A stretch of 64,000 nt of DNA from NCBI GenBank assembly GCA_964016885.1, contig OZ024742.1, positions 273,854,001-273,918,000 on the forward strand. The letters are read 5' to 3'. Each line of letters opens with the position of its first letter. The first letter of the stretch is position 1. Positions 52,211-64,000 of this stretch are shown here, one piece after another. The position numbers and the translations under genes are program-made. Under the pieces are notes generated by a model. It saw nothing but the letters and a program-made list of their open reading frames with translations, was not told where the DNA came from and searched no databases. This DNA is from Eledone cirrhosa. Taxonomy: Eukaryota.

Positions 52211-55200
52211 GCTTTCTTTATTAGCCACAAGAGTTGTCATAAAGTATAACATTAAGGACAGCACCGTACGGTACAAGACAGGACAAATGGGCATTTCCGC
52301 GTGCTAAGAAAAAAGAAAAACAAAAGAAATGACGAAAAGAATGAAACAAATGTAAATTACCCAGTAGTGGGGAGATGTCAGAAGGACACTCTTGGAGAAA
52401 GCCTATTAATAAAGCCATGGTGACCCTGACCACCAAGACAAGTTTCCGCTTCCAGTTCTAGCCACCAGTCTATAGGCGCATACTCGAAGCAGGCCCATTC
52501 ACTCGGGCCATACTTGCCTCTCTCACCCATCTTTCAACAAATTGCTGGGAGGAGAACCTTTCTCTTTCCCCCCTGATTTTCCTTTTCAAATGAAATTAGA
52601 AAAATTTAATAAGGGCATAACCAAAGAGGTAAGTGCTGGTCTTCAGCCCTTTCAAACATGTCCACCACACAACCTCTATCCTTATGATGGCGACCAGGCA
52701 TATAAAAACTGCTTGCCCTTCCTGGCTAGAGGAAGGCGGTGGGGCAATCCTGACGATGGACTCAGCTGTTAGCCCGATCCGTCTTATACGCGACAGTAGC
52801 TGTTAGACTTAAACACATGAGTCAGCGATGCGTTGACACTGGACGAGTGCGTGCAGGCAGGTTTCTTCGCCCTGAGCACATCTCGGACAGCCCCAGCTGA
52901 CGGCACTTCCATACCTGTAGAATTCATCCCGAAGTGGCAAAGCTCCCCCAGGGCACTGCCAGGCCAGCGATTTCTGGATGTTTTCCATGAGCCCCGGCCC
53001 AAGAGTCCTCCCGAAGAGATTGGCTAGTTGATTTTCGTCGACAGTCAGAATCTCCCTAAGTACGTCGTTGCTCTTTCCCCCCACTAACCCTGAAGAAAAC
53101 GCCAAGGTGGAGTTTCGACCAATCGCATCACCCAATTGGTCGAGGTTGTAAGCGCCTGAAAACATTCCAATCACCATGCGCTCCCTTTAGGGTTTCACTT
53201 GATCCAGGACTGCAGCTCCGTCAAGGAGGCTAGCTGGGAAAAATGCCTCTAGAAAACGGTGACCACACCAGATCACCGTCGCGGAAAAGGTGGTGATTTT
53301 GTAATCTGAGCGCATGTTTGCGCATCATCAGCCACGGCATGCCTAACCCACCACGTACCGGAGGGCCAACTTACGGCAAGCAAGACGGTTTCATCGTCCT
53401 GCACGCATCTCTGACAGGCCCGGTTGAGGACACCTCTATATCCGTAGAGTTTATATCGAACTTCCAAACCTCCTCGGCAGCAAGAAAATAGTGGCTATTT
53501 GATGTTCGTCGGTGTGTAGAGTTTCCCTAAGAATGTCGCCGATTGTATCTGCCACTAACCCTCTATAGAATGCAAAGGTGTTGTTTCCACCGATCATATT
53601 GCCCGATTGTTGAAGCACTGTATGCGCCTGTAGAAACTCTAGTTTCAAAGCACTCTCCCTCGGTCTCCGCTTGACCTAGGACTGTAACTCGGTTAAGAAT
53701 ATGAGCTGGGGGAATATGCATCTCGTGAATGGGCACGAGGCCTGTTCACTGTTAAAGAAGATATAGAGATATCATAGCCTCAGCGTATATCTGTGCATCA
53801 TTAGCCACCGCATTCCCAGTCCTCCACGTAGGGGCTATTACTCGGGTGCTGGTTTGGTTCTGAACTCCAGATGGACAGAAATTGTGATGAGATGACGAAC
53901 AGAGTGGCCAATCTCACCCAGAAATGGTCTGAGATAAAGCTGTCCCTGAAAGATAGGGCAGAGGTGGCGAACACATTCATTGAGTCCGTCATCTACTACC
54001 GATTGACCATCATACCTTGTCCCAAACCCCATTTGACGAGAGTCAATACATACAACAAGGACGAGAGGTTACAGTCCTGGTGGACCGAACGCATGATGTT
54101 GAACGTTTCCCAGAGGTAACCGTTCAGGCTGACCACAGAGCAGATGTCCCTATGCATGGCAGCTAACCATCCTTTGAAAACCGGCCCAAAGATCGTTGCT
54201 TTGAGGACCACCACCAGATACCGATGGTGGACACTAAAGAACGCTTTGGATTGATCCATGGTGTTCAACGCCCAACTCATGCCAGGTTCTTTAGCCCCAT
54301 CCTCTCTAATGTATCGCATGAGATTGAGATAGTCGTTGATGGGTCTCTTGTGAATAGCACATGTCTGTGCATCCCCTACCAGACCACCAACTACACGCGC
54401 CAAACACATTGCTAACACCTTCGCCAAATATTTTGAATTCTGTATTTAGCAGATATTTTCCTAAAATTATCTATATCGTCCCCCATGTTCAGTTCTTTTA
54501 TTAGCAGTACCATCACTCCATGTCTAAACAAAACGGAATTCTCCCATTCCGCTGCCAGTTGCAGTAGTTGTATTCCTAGAGGTCACCAAACAAGTCTGTC
54601 ATTTAACAATAAATATCGTTGGGCAGACAATCCACTCTAGGTGATTTGACACTGAAGCAATCACCTAATGACTCCTGTGTCTCGGCGGCCGTTATTCGCT
54701 TTTTGAAACACTCCGTTTCTGTCACCGACGGCCGCGGCAGTCAGTCAAGGTTGTGAAATCCACCTCACAATCCGACACGAACAGTCTGGTCAAGTGATGC
54801 TGAAATGTCGTTCACATCTTCTTGAGATCGAGTATCATGCGCCCATCATAGTGTTCAAGAGATCGAATTGTGGCTTTGTTGCCACGGCGCGCGTCTGCCA
54901 TATGGCCTCATAGAGCGGCTTTGGTCCTCTCAACTCTAAGTGCATGCGACTTAGCTCTGAACACGCGGCCTGTGTTCTTAGCATTGAAAAATTGGTCTAG
55001 GGCAAATTCGGCCCAAATAACGTCGGTTGCGATGCCTTTGCTAAATGCCTCGTCTAGCATTTTTCACTAGTTCTCCTTCTCTAGTTTTCTCTATTGAGAA
55101 ATGTGATTGATTCTTCTTTAATTGCCCTTTTCAGGGCATACCATGTTGATGATGATTTCCCCTGTCAACGCCCGTTTAACTAATTCACTAATCCGGTCTC

Positions 55201-55484
55201 TCGACGTTTAGCGCGTTGGGAATGAGGCGTTTAGCTTCCAGTAACCGGGTCCTTGCCTATTGAGCCTATGTACATCTACTACACATGTCACACATTTGTG
55301 GTCTGTGTATTCAACTGTTTGAAATTCTGGACAACTTTGCTATCCCTGTCTACTCTCCGCAGGTCACGTCAAGCACCAGCAATTTACTCTCCGAGACCAG
55401 GAACATGATCCGTATTGTCAGATCCATGCCTTTTCGGAAAAACTTGGCAACTCCGCCTCCAGTTCCTGGATGGCTTGGAGATGC

Positions 55485-55486
<2 letters not shown>
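52211..55486 (-). mobile_element. Tx1 ORF2 and 3' UTR, rearranged
   Basis: RT (MDQSKAF, SVHQDCNLSSLLY), CPRCAQGEETCLHALVQC; 3' end AATAAAGAAAGC-ATTATT; internal inversion and duplication. Confidence 0.88.

Positions 55487-55570
<84 letters not shown>
55487..55570. repeat. (TC)n microsatellite
   Basis: Direct read. Confidence 0.98.
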
Positions 55571-55571
<1 letters not shown>

Positions 55572-55828
55572 TGTAGTAGTATCCATGTTTGAAACAATGA
55601 TTGAAAAAAAGGTTTCGCAGAGATATTTTACAAAAGATGTGTCGCGTTATTTACGAGTGAATGCCCTGTGTTAAGTGGATCACTTGCTCTAAACTCTTAT
55701 CAAGTTTAACACTTGAATAAAGGGTTAGAGGTGATCGAAATAAATATATAAAGCTGAACAACCCTGGAACCGGTATGAAGCGTGGCTTCATCTTCAATAA
55801 TAATACTAGCAATAATAATAGAGCAGAA

Positions 55829-58800
55829 AACGAAGACACTCAGAGTGGGGGGTTTACAAGCAATCGAGGAAAAAATGAATGAAATAATTAACCAAAAATG
55901 TCAAGAATAGCATTGCCCAATAGCAGTGGGATATCACTCAGGGGTGACGTTAGGAACATAACAAATCCCAACCCACCTTCATGTCTAACAGCATCCTAGG
56001 AGGGCGCCCCTCTCAACTTCCATCTTTTCAGCCTACAGATGCATGCTCAGAGGGAGCCCATTCACACGTTCCATTCTCACAACAATCACCAACATATTAA
56101 AAATGTTTTTTGTGGCAGCATTTCTCTCTCCACCCTCATTTTTCTTTCCAAGTGGAACTTGAAAGAATTGCCGAGGGTTTGGCCAAAGAGGAAAGTGTCT
56201 ATCTGTAGTCCTTCCATTTGCGTCCACTACACATCCACTTTCGCTACATTACCAGGCAGAGGAAAACTCCAGCTCTTCCTGGTCAAGAGAAGGCGATGGT
56301 GTGATCTTCACTACAGACTGAGTCGATAGAAGGATCCTCCAACACGCAGTAACAGTTGTTCAAAATAACACCCGAAGCCAAAAGTACACGGCACTGGACG
56401 AGTGCTTGCAAAATGATTTCGTCTCGCATCTCAAGCTGCTCCGTCTGACAGCACCACTGTGACTATAGAGTTTATCTCGAACCGGCTGGGCTCCCAGATT
56501 CCACTTCCAAGTAAGGGATTTTTGGATATTGTCCATAGTCCCCGGCCCGAAAATCCTTCGGAAGAGACTGGCTAATTCATACTTGCCGATGCTTGGAATC
56601 TCTCCAAGAGCGTCGATGCACTTGACCCTCATTCATTAACTCTCTACATAACTCGAGAGTGGATGTACCACATACCATATTGCCCGCCTGGTAGAGGGTA
56701 GTGAGCATCTGACAACATTCTAGACCCAGGTACCCAGTCTCGGTTTCTTCTTGATTCAGGACTGCAGCTCAGTCTTAGAGATGGGCTGCGGAAAGACCCG
56801 TCTCTCAAACGGTGACCACACCTGTTCACCGTTTATGTAGAATATTTGGAGATGCCGCAGCCTCAGCGCATGTTTGCGCATCATTAGTTACGGTATGCCA
56901 AAACCACTGCGTAGAAGGTGCTGACAGCAGATGGACCGTCTCACCAACGGAATCCGTCCCCTCCACAATAAGTTGAAGATAAGCGCGATCCAATCTGGCC
57001 AGTTGCGAACGCGGTCAAGGCACGATGGTCAGACGTTAAATCGCGGTCACCATGTCCGCTCGACCTTTCAGGGAAAGTGTTCTCTTTGCTTATTTCTGGG
57101 TGAGAATGCCTAACCTGATCGTAACCTCATTCTAATTCTTATCTACTTGGTGGTCTGGTCTAAACCATTTCGCGAGCAAATTTACCAGTCCGTCAACGAC
57201 GAAGCTGTTGGACTTGCCTCTCTAGGTATCGAGCTTCAAGCACACCGATTTTTTTCGGATTTAATTTCGCCCCCGTCAAATTTTCATATTCCACCAAGAG
57301 GGTGACGACAACTTCAATTTCCGAGGTGTTTGACACCATCATGGTGATGCGCATTGGCGTTTGTCGACACAGCCCTTTTCGTCTCGGTTCCAGTGGCTGC
57401 CCTGCAACATCTCCAGCTTTTGCAGTAAAGGCCGGAGAGTCAATACGTACAGAAGGAAGGAGAGAGCGCATCCCTGACTCACCGACCGGGAGATCTAAAA
57501 CGGTTCCGAAAGGTGGCCATTAAATTTGACCACCGAGCCGATGCCGTGGTGCATTGCAGCAATCCAGCCGCTGAGGACAGCTTCTTGGTTTCGATGGTCG
57601 AACTATTGATATCTGTCGATTGATTTAAATTTATCAGAGCACCACCATGTTTCGCATGACTTGGAGATTGTCGTGTGTGGATACGCTCGGTATTGTGGAA
57701 GTTTGCGCCTCCTCTACGAAATCAACAACGATAAGTCCCGACCTCTTCACTAACACCTTTGCCAAATTCTTACACACTGTGTTGATCAAATTTATAGGCC
57801 TGAACTTATCTAATGTACCACTTTTCTTGTCATCTTTCCTCATCGGCGTCACTACGCCCCAACTAAAATAACTGGGAATACTCCTGTTCTGCTGCAAGTT
57901 GCAGTAGAGCGCTTCGAAGAGATCGGAGAGAGTCTGGCATGTTTACGTAAAGCTCGTAGTATAGACCATCCAAACAGGTTGATTTCTGCCTTACGCAGCC
58001 GACTAGGGCATCCCGTCCAGAGACGTGCCAAGAATCGTTCAGCTCGCGTCCGTCTCGTCCCGTCAAAGAGCGAATTGTGTTTATGTTACCACACTGTGCC
58101 TCTGCCATTCTTGCCAATCAAACAGCTTTCGTTCCCTCTCTTTTTTATAGTACGCAACCTTCGTGCTTCGCATTGAAGAAATTGTCTTGTGCCATTCCCA
58201 CAGTTTGTACCTTGGTTGCAATACCACACCTAGTCGCCTTATTTAATTTAGTTACTAACTACACCGCCGTTATTTTTTCATATCGCTACCCTTTACTGAA
58301 TACTATGGATTCAACTCTAATTGCTCTCTTGAGAGCGCCCCACCACCTGTTGTTGACTATTTGCTAATTCGGTACCTCTCAGAAATGTCTTGTCTCAGGT
58401 CTACCGACACTTCTAATGGCTACTCTCACACAGTCTCAGCGTGCGTCAAAGATGCCTCCCCCGCTAACACTAAAGGCCGAGACATTCATAGAACATTTTC
58501 CAGGCGCTTTAAGTTGCTTGGCCGTCCTGCTCCAGTCGGATGGTAGACAGCCATCAGTCTGAAAATACCACCTTCACTGTTGTTCACATCTAAGACCTCC
58601 AATTTACAGCCCCGGTCAAAAGGCTGTACTTCGAGGCCTAGGCCTTTCCTGAACAGCACTGCCATCCTGCCTCCTATTTCCAGCCGACTAAGGGATGCGT
58701 AGATCTCAAAAGAATCAGGAATAGAAGCTAGTGCGTATGTGTCGGAAATCTTGGTCTAGCTGACGACTGTCACGTCCACGGCTAGTGACCTGCTGTCGTT

Positions 58801-59900
58801 GAGCAAGCGGCCTTGCTTCCAGACAGACCCACTTTTAACATTCCCATGTTGTTCAGAAAAAGTAGAAAATGAGGTTTACTTACATTCCGGGTGCTGTTGG
58901 AGGTCGGGTTGTTCGACTTCCATTTTTGGTTGGTGGGGTTTCTTTGGGATCGTCTTCAACTTCCTACTTCAGTCTTTTAGACTGGGTGTGCCTACATCGT
59001 TAGAGAAGCTTTCTCTAATAGTTCTGTAACTGTCTAATGGCATCCGCACCAGCAAATGTCTTTGAGTCACCTTGAAGGTGCAGGTGCTGAATGCCACCCT
59101 TGCCATTTATCTCTATTTCCTTCCTTTGCGTTATGAGTGCCATTAATTTTTCCTTCGGTTTTCTCACTAACACGAAGTTAGGTGTTGTGGCTGTGAGTTG
59201 CTGCTGTGTGTGTTTTTGTTTAGGTCTTTGTGTCAGTGTGTGAGATTTCTTCTTGTGTTTTCTTTTTTTCTTTTTTTACGTTATTGGGGTTTCTCCTCAT
59301 CTTCGCTCAGGGATGAAGAGGTTGTGTTTTTTCGGATATAAGTGGGAGTCTGTGTGTGGATCTATGGGTTTCAATGTGTGCGTTCGAGAGGGGGAGCAAA
59401 AATGCACTGTGATCTTGGTTGTCCTTGCGGTTGTTGTTTTTGTTGTTGGTGGTTCTGAGTCTGTTGCCTGTTGAGTTGTTGGTTTTGCTGGTGCTGATGT
59501 TGGTGCTGTTGTCGTTGGCTTATGCAGTTATTGTTCCTGTTGGGTACCTGGTTTTGGCAATTGCTCTGTGGACCATGTACCAGCTGAAAGCTCGTAAAGT
59601 GTAGTTTAGCCACACACGTGTCAGCAGGGTTTTACTTTCTACGAAGACCCTTATCTCCTTTCCTACTGGAAGGGTGATCATGTCTGGGATCTTGTCCATT
59701 GTCTCTGGTTTTATCTACAATAGTTAAACCCAATACAGGTTCCGTACCAAGACTTACTATGCGTTCTCTTTTCAATTCAGGACGGAGTCCTCGTTCTCCA
59801 GCGGAATGCCAGGTAGAACCTACCAGATGTTCAGTCTTGGCGAAATCCCAGGTATTCGTACGGTCACTGTTTTTCTACCCATGTGGGAAGGGAACAGTAC
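55829..59900 (-). mobile_element. Older, more diverged Tx1-family LINE
   Basis: ORF1 remnant MDKIPDMITLPVGKEIRVFVE near 59700-59635; ORF2 KFRPINLINTVCKNLAKVL and FGPGTMDNIQKSL; 3' end followed by ATTATTATT on its strand. Confidence 0.78.
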
Positions 59901-60139
59901 ATGGTCCTTGGATTGTACTGGTCAGACTGAGTTCTTTCTGGCGAGGGATTCGCTTTAGAACATCAACGCGATGGAACCATCCCTCCTGTCCTTTTCCATT
60001 TGTTCCATGTCTGGTATCAAGTCATTCACATTTACCTACTCTGTTAAGAGAGAGAAAGAGAGAGGAAATTGGCTCATATCGTATCCGAGTGAAAACACCT
60101 AGCCAATATTCACTATAAAGGATGGAGGTACGATATAAT

Positions 60140-60590
60140 AGGAAAGGTTATTTACATATATTTATGCAAACTAAATAATTTACCATGTTCTGAGAAATGG
60201 TATGAACAAGATCCAGAGTAAGTGATCGAAAACGAACAATTGAAGTTGCTGTGGGACTTCAGGTTACAGACAGAAAAGAAATTAGAACAAAATAGACCTG
60301 ACCTGATGGTTTTTGAAAGGGAAAAAAATAATCATTTCTGTTTGTAGATGTAGCCATCCCCTTGGATACAAATGTGCAATATAAAGAGAAAGAGAAACTT
60401 ATTATTCAATACCAGGATTTAAATTGTGAATTGAAATATATTTCTGACTTTCAGGAGATCAAGGTCGGCCCGATTGTCATAGAAGGACGAGGTACTATCT
60501 CGAAGAGTTTTCAATGAGTTCTTCCGATGAAGACAAATAAAATGATTGCAGACCCATACGTTGCTTAACCACAATGTATAAAATCTTAAC
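60140..60590 (+). mobile_element. Degenerate Dong family A REL fragment
   Basis: TCTGAGAAATGGTATGAAC..GCTGTGGGACTTCAGG..AGACCTGACCTG matches 7590-7900. Confidence 0.8.
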
Positions 60591-62187
60591 ATCAATCCTA
60601 CATGAATACACATATGATCTATTTCCCAATGAGCAGAAAGGATGTAAACGAGGCTCATATGGCTCTAAGGATCAGTCTTTGATTAACAAAATGTTTCTTG
60701 AAGATTGTCATAATATTCATAACAATCTATCAACTGCTTGGATAGATTACTAAAAAGCTGCACGATTGTAATGCAATCTGTTTAGAGATTTTCAAAATAT
60801 CTTCCCTTCTCAGGAGTTTCCCCTCATTCAGTAGGAAAGCATGGATAATAGCACTAATTTTGAACTATGATAAATGACCACTGGAAGCTAGAGACGTCGA
60901 TATTAAATGAGGAATTTTTAAAGGTGACTCTTTATCACCGATTTTATTCTGTATCGCACATATACGATTAAGTATAATGCTCAATGAAACAAAACATTGA
61001 TATAAAGTCTATGACAAACCCATTAATCACTTGTTCTACATGGATGATCTGAAGCTATTTGCATAAAATGATGAGCAATTGCAAGTTCAATGATGGTATT
61101 AAAATGAAGCTTGATCTAGATAAATGCGCCAAATCCACGCTCATGAGAGGAAAGTTGCTGAAAAGTTCTGACATTAATCATATTTGAGGGAATGTGATGA
61201 GAGAACTTGATCGAGAAGAAACTTATAAATATCTAGGTGCCTGTGAAGGAGACAGAATCAAGCACTCGATAATGAGGGAAAGGATAAAAAGGGAATGTTA
61301 CCGAATAGAACGAGCATTATTAAAATAGGAGTTACATAGGAGGCACATGATTGGATGGTCAAACTCGTTTTGAAACGTGAAAGCAACACAAGATCATACT
61401 CCATTACAAAAGATGCACAAAGATAGAGTAATGAACTACAAATTTCAGAATTTCACTTTACTGCTAAAATGAAAAGCACAGAAAAAGCAAAGCAGGTAGA
61501 AGTAACTTCAAGAAAGCACTGCTACAGGAACTGGCTAAGAAATGACAAGAAAAGCCAACTGTATGGAAAATACCCAAAGAGAGCTAACAATCCTGATGTT
61601 GACAAAACTTTAACTCATCAGTGGTTGGCATCCTCTGGATGAAATCGGAGACTGAAGGACTGATTATATCAGGACAATGTAGATGCAAAATAGTCCGGAT
61701 ATAATATCAGGACAATGTAGATGCAAAATAGACCTGATATAATACTGAAAAACTTTAAAGAGTGGGTATGCCTGCTAATTTACATGACCGTTCCTATATA
61801 CAAGAATGTATCTATAGACATCTGAAAAAATGTACAAATATAAAGACCAGGAGATAGAGATTTGAAAAATGTGTATGTTGAGAGCTGAAACCATACCAGT
61901 GGTTAGGCCCTCTCGGAATGGTACCTAAGGGGTCTAATATTTATTTATCCAAAATGGCAGCAAACCCACGTATAGAAGAAATACAATAGGTAGTGCTAAT
62001 GGGAACAGCCCATATACTAACTAAAAATAATTCTGTCCATATAAATATATCACAAGTGTAACACCTAACGATAAATGTGTGTGTGTCTGTGTGTTTCTTG
62101 AACCCGGTGGACCTTGTTGTTTCTTGAGGTCACTAGTTTTCACTTCGTGAAACTCCTTTGTACATAAAACATGATAAATGAAATGAC
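60591..62187 (+). mobile_element. Dong family B, RT to 3' UTR, with internal deletions
   Basis: Collinear with 41470-43635 (TTTCCCAATGAGCAGAAAGG, GGTGACTCTTTATCACCG); AAT tail. Confidence 0.9.
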
Positions 62188-62199
62188 AATAATAATAAT

Positions 62200-62387
62200 T
62201 GTTTCTACTTTAGGCACTAGGCCAGCAATTACACGAGTGCATTACTGTTACTTTATTTTATCGATCCCGTAAGGATGAAAGGCAAAGTTAACCTCGGCGG
62301 GATTTGAACTCAGAACGTAAAGGGCCATAACACTATGCCTCAAAGCATGTTGTACAACGCTCCACTTATACTGCCAATCTGTCGCCC
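62200..62387 (-). mobile_element. tRNA-derived SINE, full length
   Basis: Reverse-complement body; lies tail-to-tail with Dong B across AAT repeats. Confidence 0.92.
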
Positions 62388-62869
62388 TTAACAATAATAA
62401 TGATAATAAGGATAATTAGAATAGTGTTACTAGTACTACTACTACTTAAATTATTACTACGCTCTAGTATTTATAATTAATAAAAATGTATTAAATAAAT
62501 TAAACTCTGGCGAGTATGTGTGATATTTAGATGTATGGCGACAACCCCTGGCCTGATTTAGTAGTACTACTTAAATTTAATGTAACGTAGCATAATTGTT
62601 ACTGCAGACCTGAGTTCCATGTTAATATGGTGCTAAAATTTAAAATAATGACCAGAGAAAAATAAGAAGAGAGGCTTGCTGCCTTAAATCATCATAGTGA
62701 AGTGGTATGTTGTGATAATATTTTAATGTGCGTTTGCTCTTTACATTGACAATCTTATCATCATCATCTTCATCATCCAAAATATCAACATTATCATCAA
62801 CAGCATTTGCAGCACCAGCAACATTACCCTCACCACCATCATTATCACCATTTTTATCGATGACGGAAT

Positions 62870-63418
62870 GATGTAAAACAAAGTTAAACTGGGTTGGATT
62901 GTTATTCAGAATATTATGACACAGCACAAATAAAGGACATTTTATGTACCCTATATGTACCCTAATCATGGCCCTGTGTTGCTAAAAGTGTTGAAAACAA
63001 ATAGTGTAGAATGCAGTTGATTAAATAGCTTTAACATTAATATTATACTGTAAAATATTATACTGTAAACTGCTAGATTGTTGGTAGTGTTACGAACCTA
63101 TACATCGTGTATTACCAATGGTGCATATGTGGAAGTATATACATTTTTAGTAAATAATCACAATGCATATTCTTCCCAATATGCAACTTTTCTTAATCAC
63201 AAGCTGTTAACCACGCTTCTAATTAATACTGATCAGTCAATACCGCACTCTATGCTAATTATGATCTCCAAAATGTAATATTTCGAGGCTTATTTACCTC
63301 CGTATCGAATAAGTAAAATGACACGGATGATTGATAAAGTTATTAAAATACTAGTGTGCGGTGTTATTATGTAGTAACCAATGTAGCAGTAACATATGCA
63401 CAACTTGATTACATAAAT
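62870..63418 (-). pseudogene. Possible second degraded class A GPCR fragment (TM3-TM5)
   Basis: LCICYCYIGYYIITPHTSILITLSIIRVILLIRY with a Cys-to-Arg spacing of 25 codons, then in frame YWEEYAL*LF and AVYSIIFYSIILM; several stops. Confidence 0.35.
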
Positions 63419-63839
63419 ATATAGTGTATGTCTCTATATACGTCTCTATACTTTTGTATTGCATGTTAGTGTTGCTCTCTCTCTCTCTATATATATATAT
63501 ATGTGTTAAATTTAATTTGTATTAATTTCAAAGTTTTAACACAAAAAATGTTTTCTGATAATCACCTGTCTGGTAATCAGACACGTCACGTCCTATCTGT
63601 TATACCTGTTACTCTATGATGTTCACAACTACAAACTCTCTCCTATTTAGATCACAAACTTGTGAGCCGCATGGTTAACCTAGATAGAACTATATACAGG
63701 GCTCTGGTTACTGAAAGCTTAATGTGTATTTTCCGACGCATAAAGCGTACAGCGACCTGAGTAGCTCATAGTTAAGTGATAGTTGGCAGGCGCAATTACA
63801 TATTCAAAGTCAGATATGGGAGAAAAAAACATGTGAATT

Positions 63840-64000
63840 CCCGAAGAGGTCCATATACGGAAGCGACTACCTCATGCGATAGAGAGAAAAGGGGGTAAAT
63901 CTTGCTTCGGTGAGGCTCCGATCAATTTAAAGCCATCGACAGATTTTGATAGGGTCGAGCATCAATATAAAATCCTCCTGTTTCGGTTCCGACTTCAGAG
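63840..64000 (+). mobile_element. Degenerate Tx1 RT fragment running off the window
   Basis: RSIY..YLMR and INL..STDFDRVEHQY, similar to 25080-25210. Confidence 0.6.

Noticed and set aside
61664-61740. ~37-bp tandem duplication in Dong B
   Set aside because: A slippage copy spanning a deletion junction in a dead element; no functional signal.

Overview
This is eukaryotic, AT-rich, repeat-dense DNA with no intact host gene and no prokaryotic features. The SINE and microsatellite content suggests a mollusc, probably an octopod cephalopod (inference). Most of the window is nested, decayed transposons: a Helitron, a Chapaev3-type and a mariner DNA transposon, Penelope-like element (PLE) remnants, two R4/Dong-clade LINE families, many Tx1/L1-clade LINEs and ten copies of one tRNA-headed SINE. 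The main pattern is shared use of one (AAT/ATT)n microsatellite. Dong LINEs end in (AAT)n on their own strand. Tx1 LINEs and the SINE end at ATTATT on theirs, and the SINE's last 24 nt match a Tx1 3' end (18/24 ungapped). This points to a target-specific Tx1-SINE partnership working on the strand opposite Dong. Outside the ORF track there is one canonical minimal hammerhead ribozyme, a family of hammerhead-like folds with an altered core and covarying stems, a 1.5-kb palindrome, and one probable plus one possible decayed class A GPCR gene. All calls come from reading motifs by eye; boundaries are approximate unless a junction is quoted.
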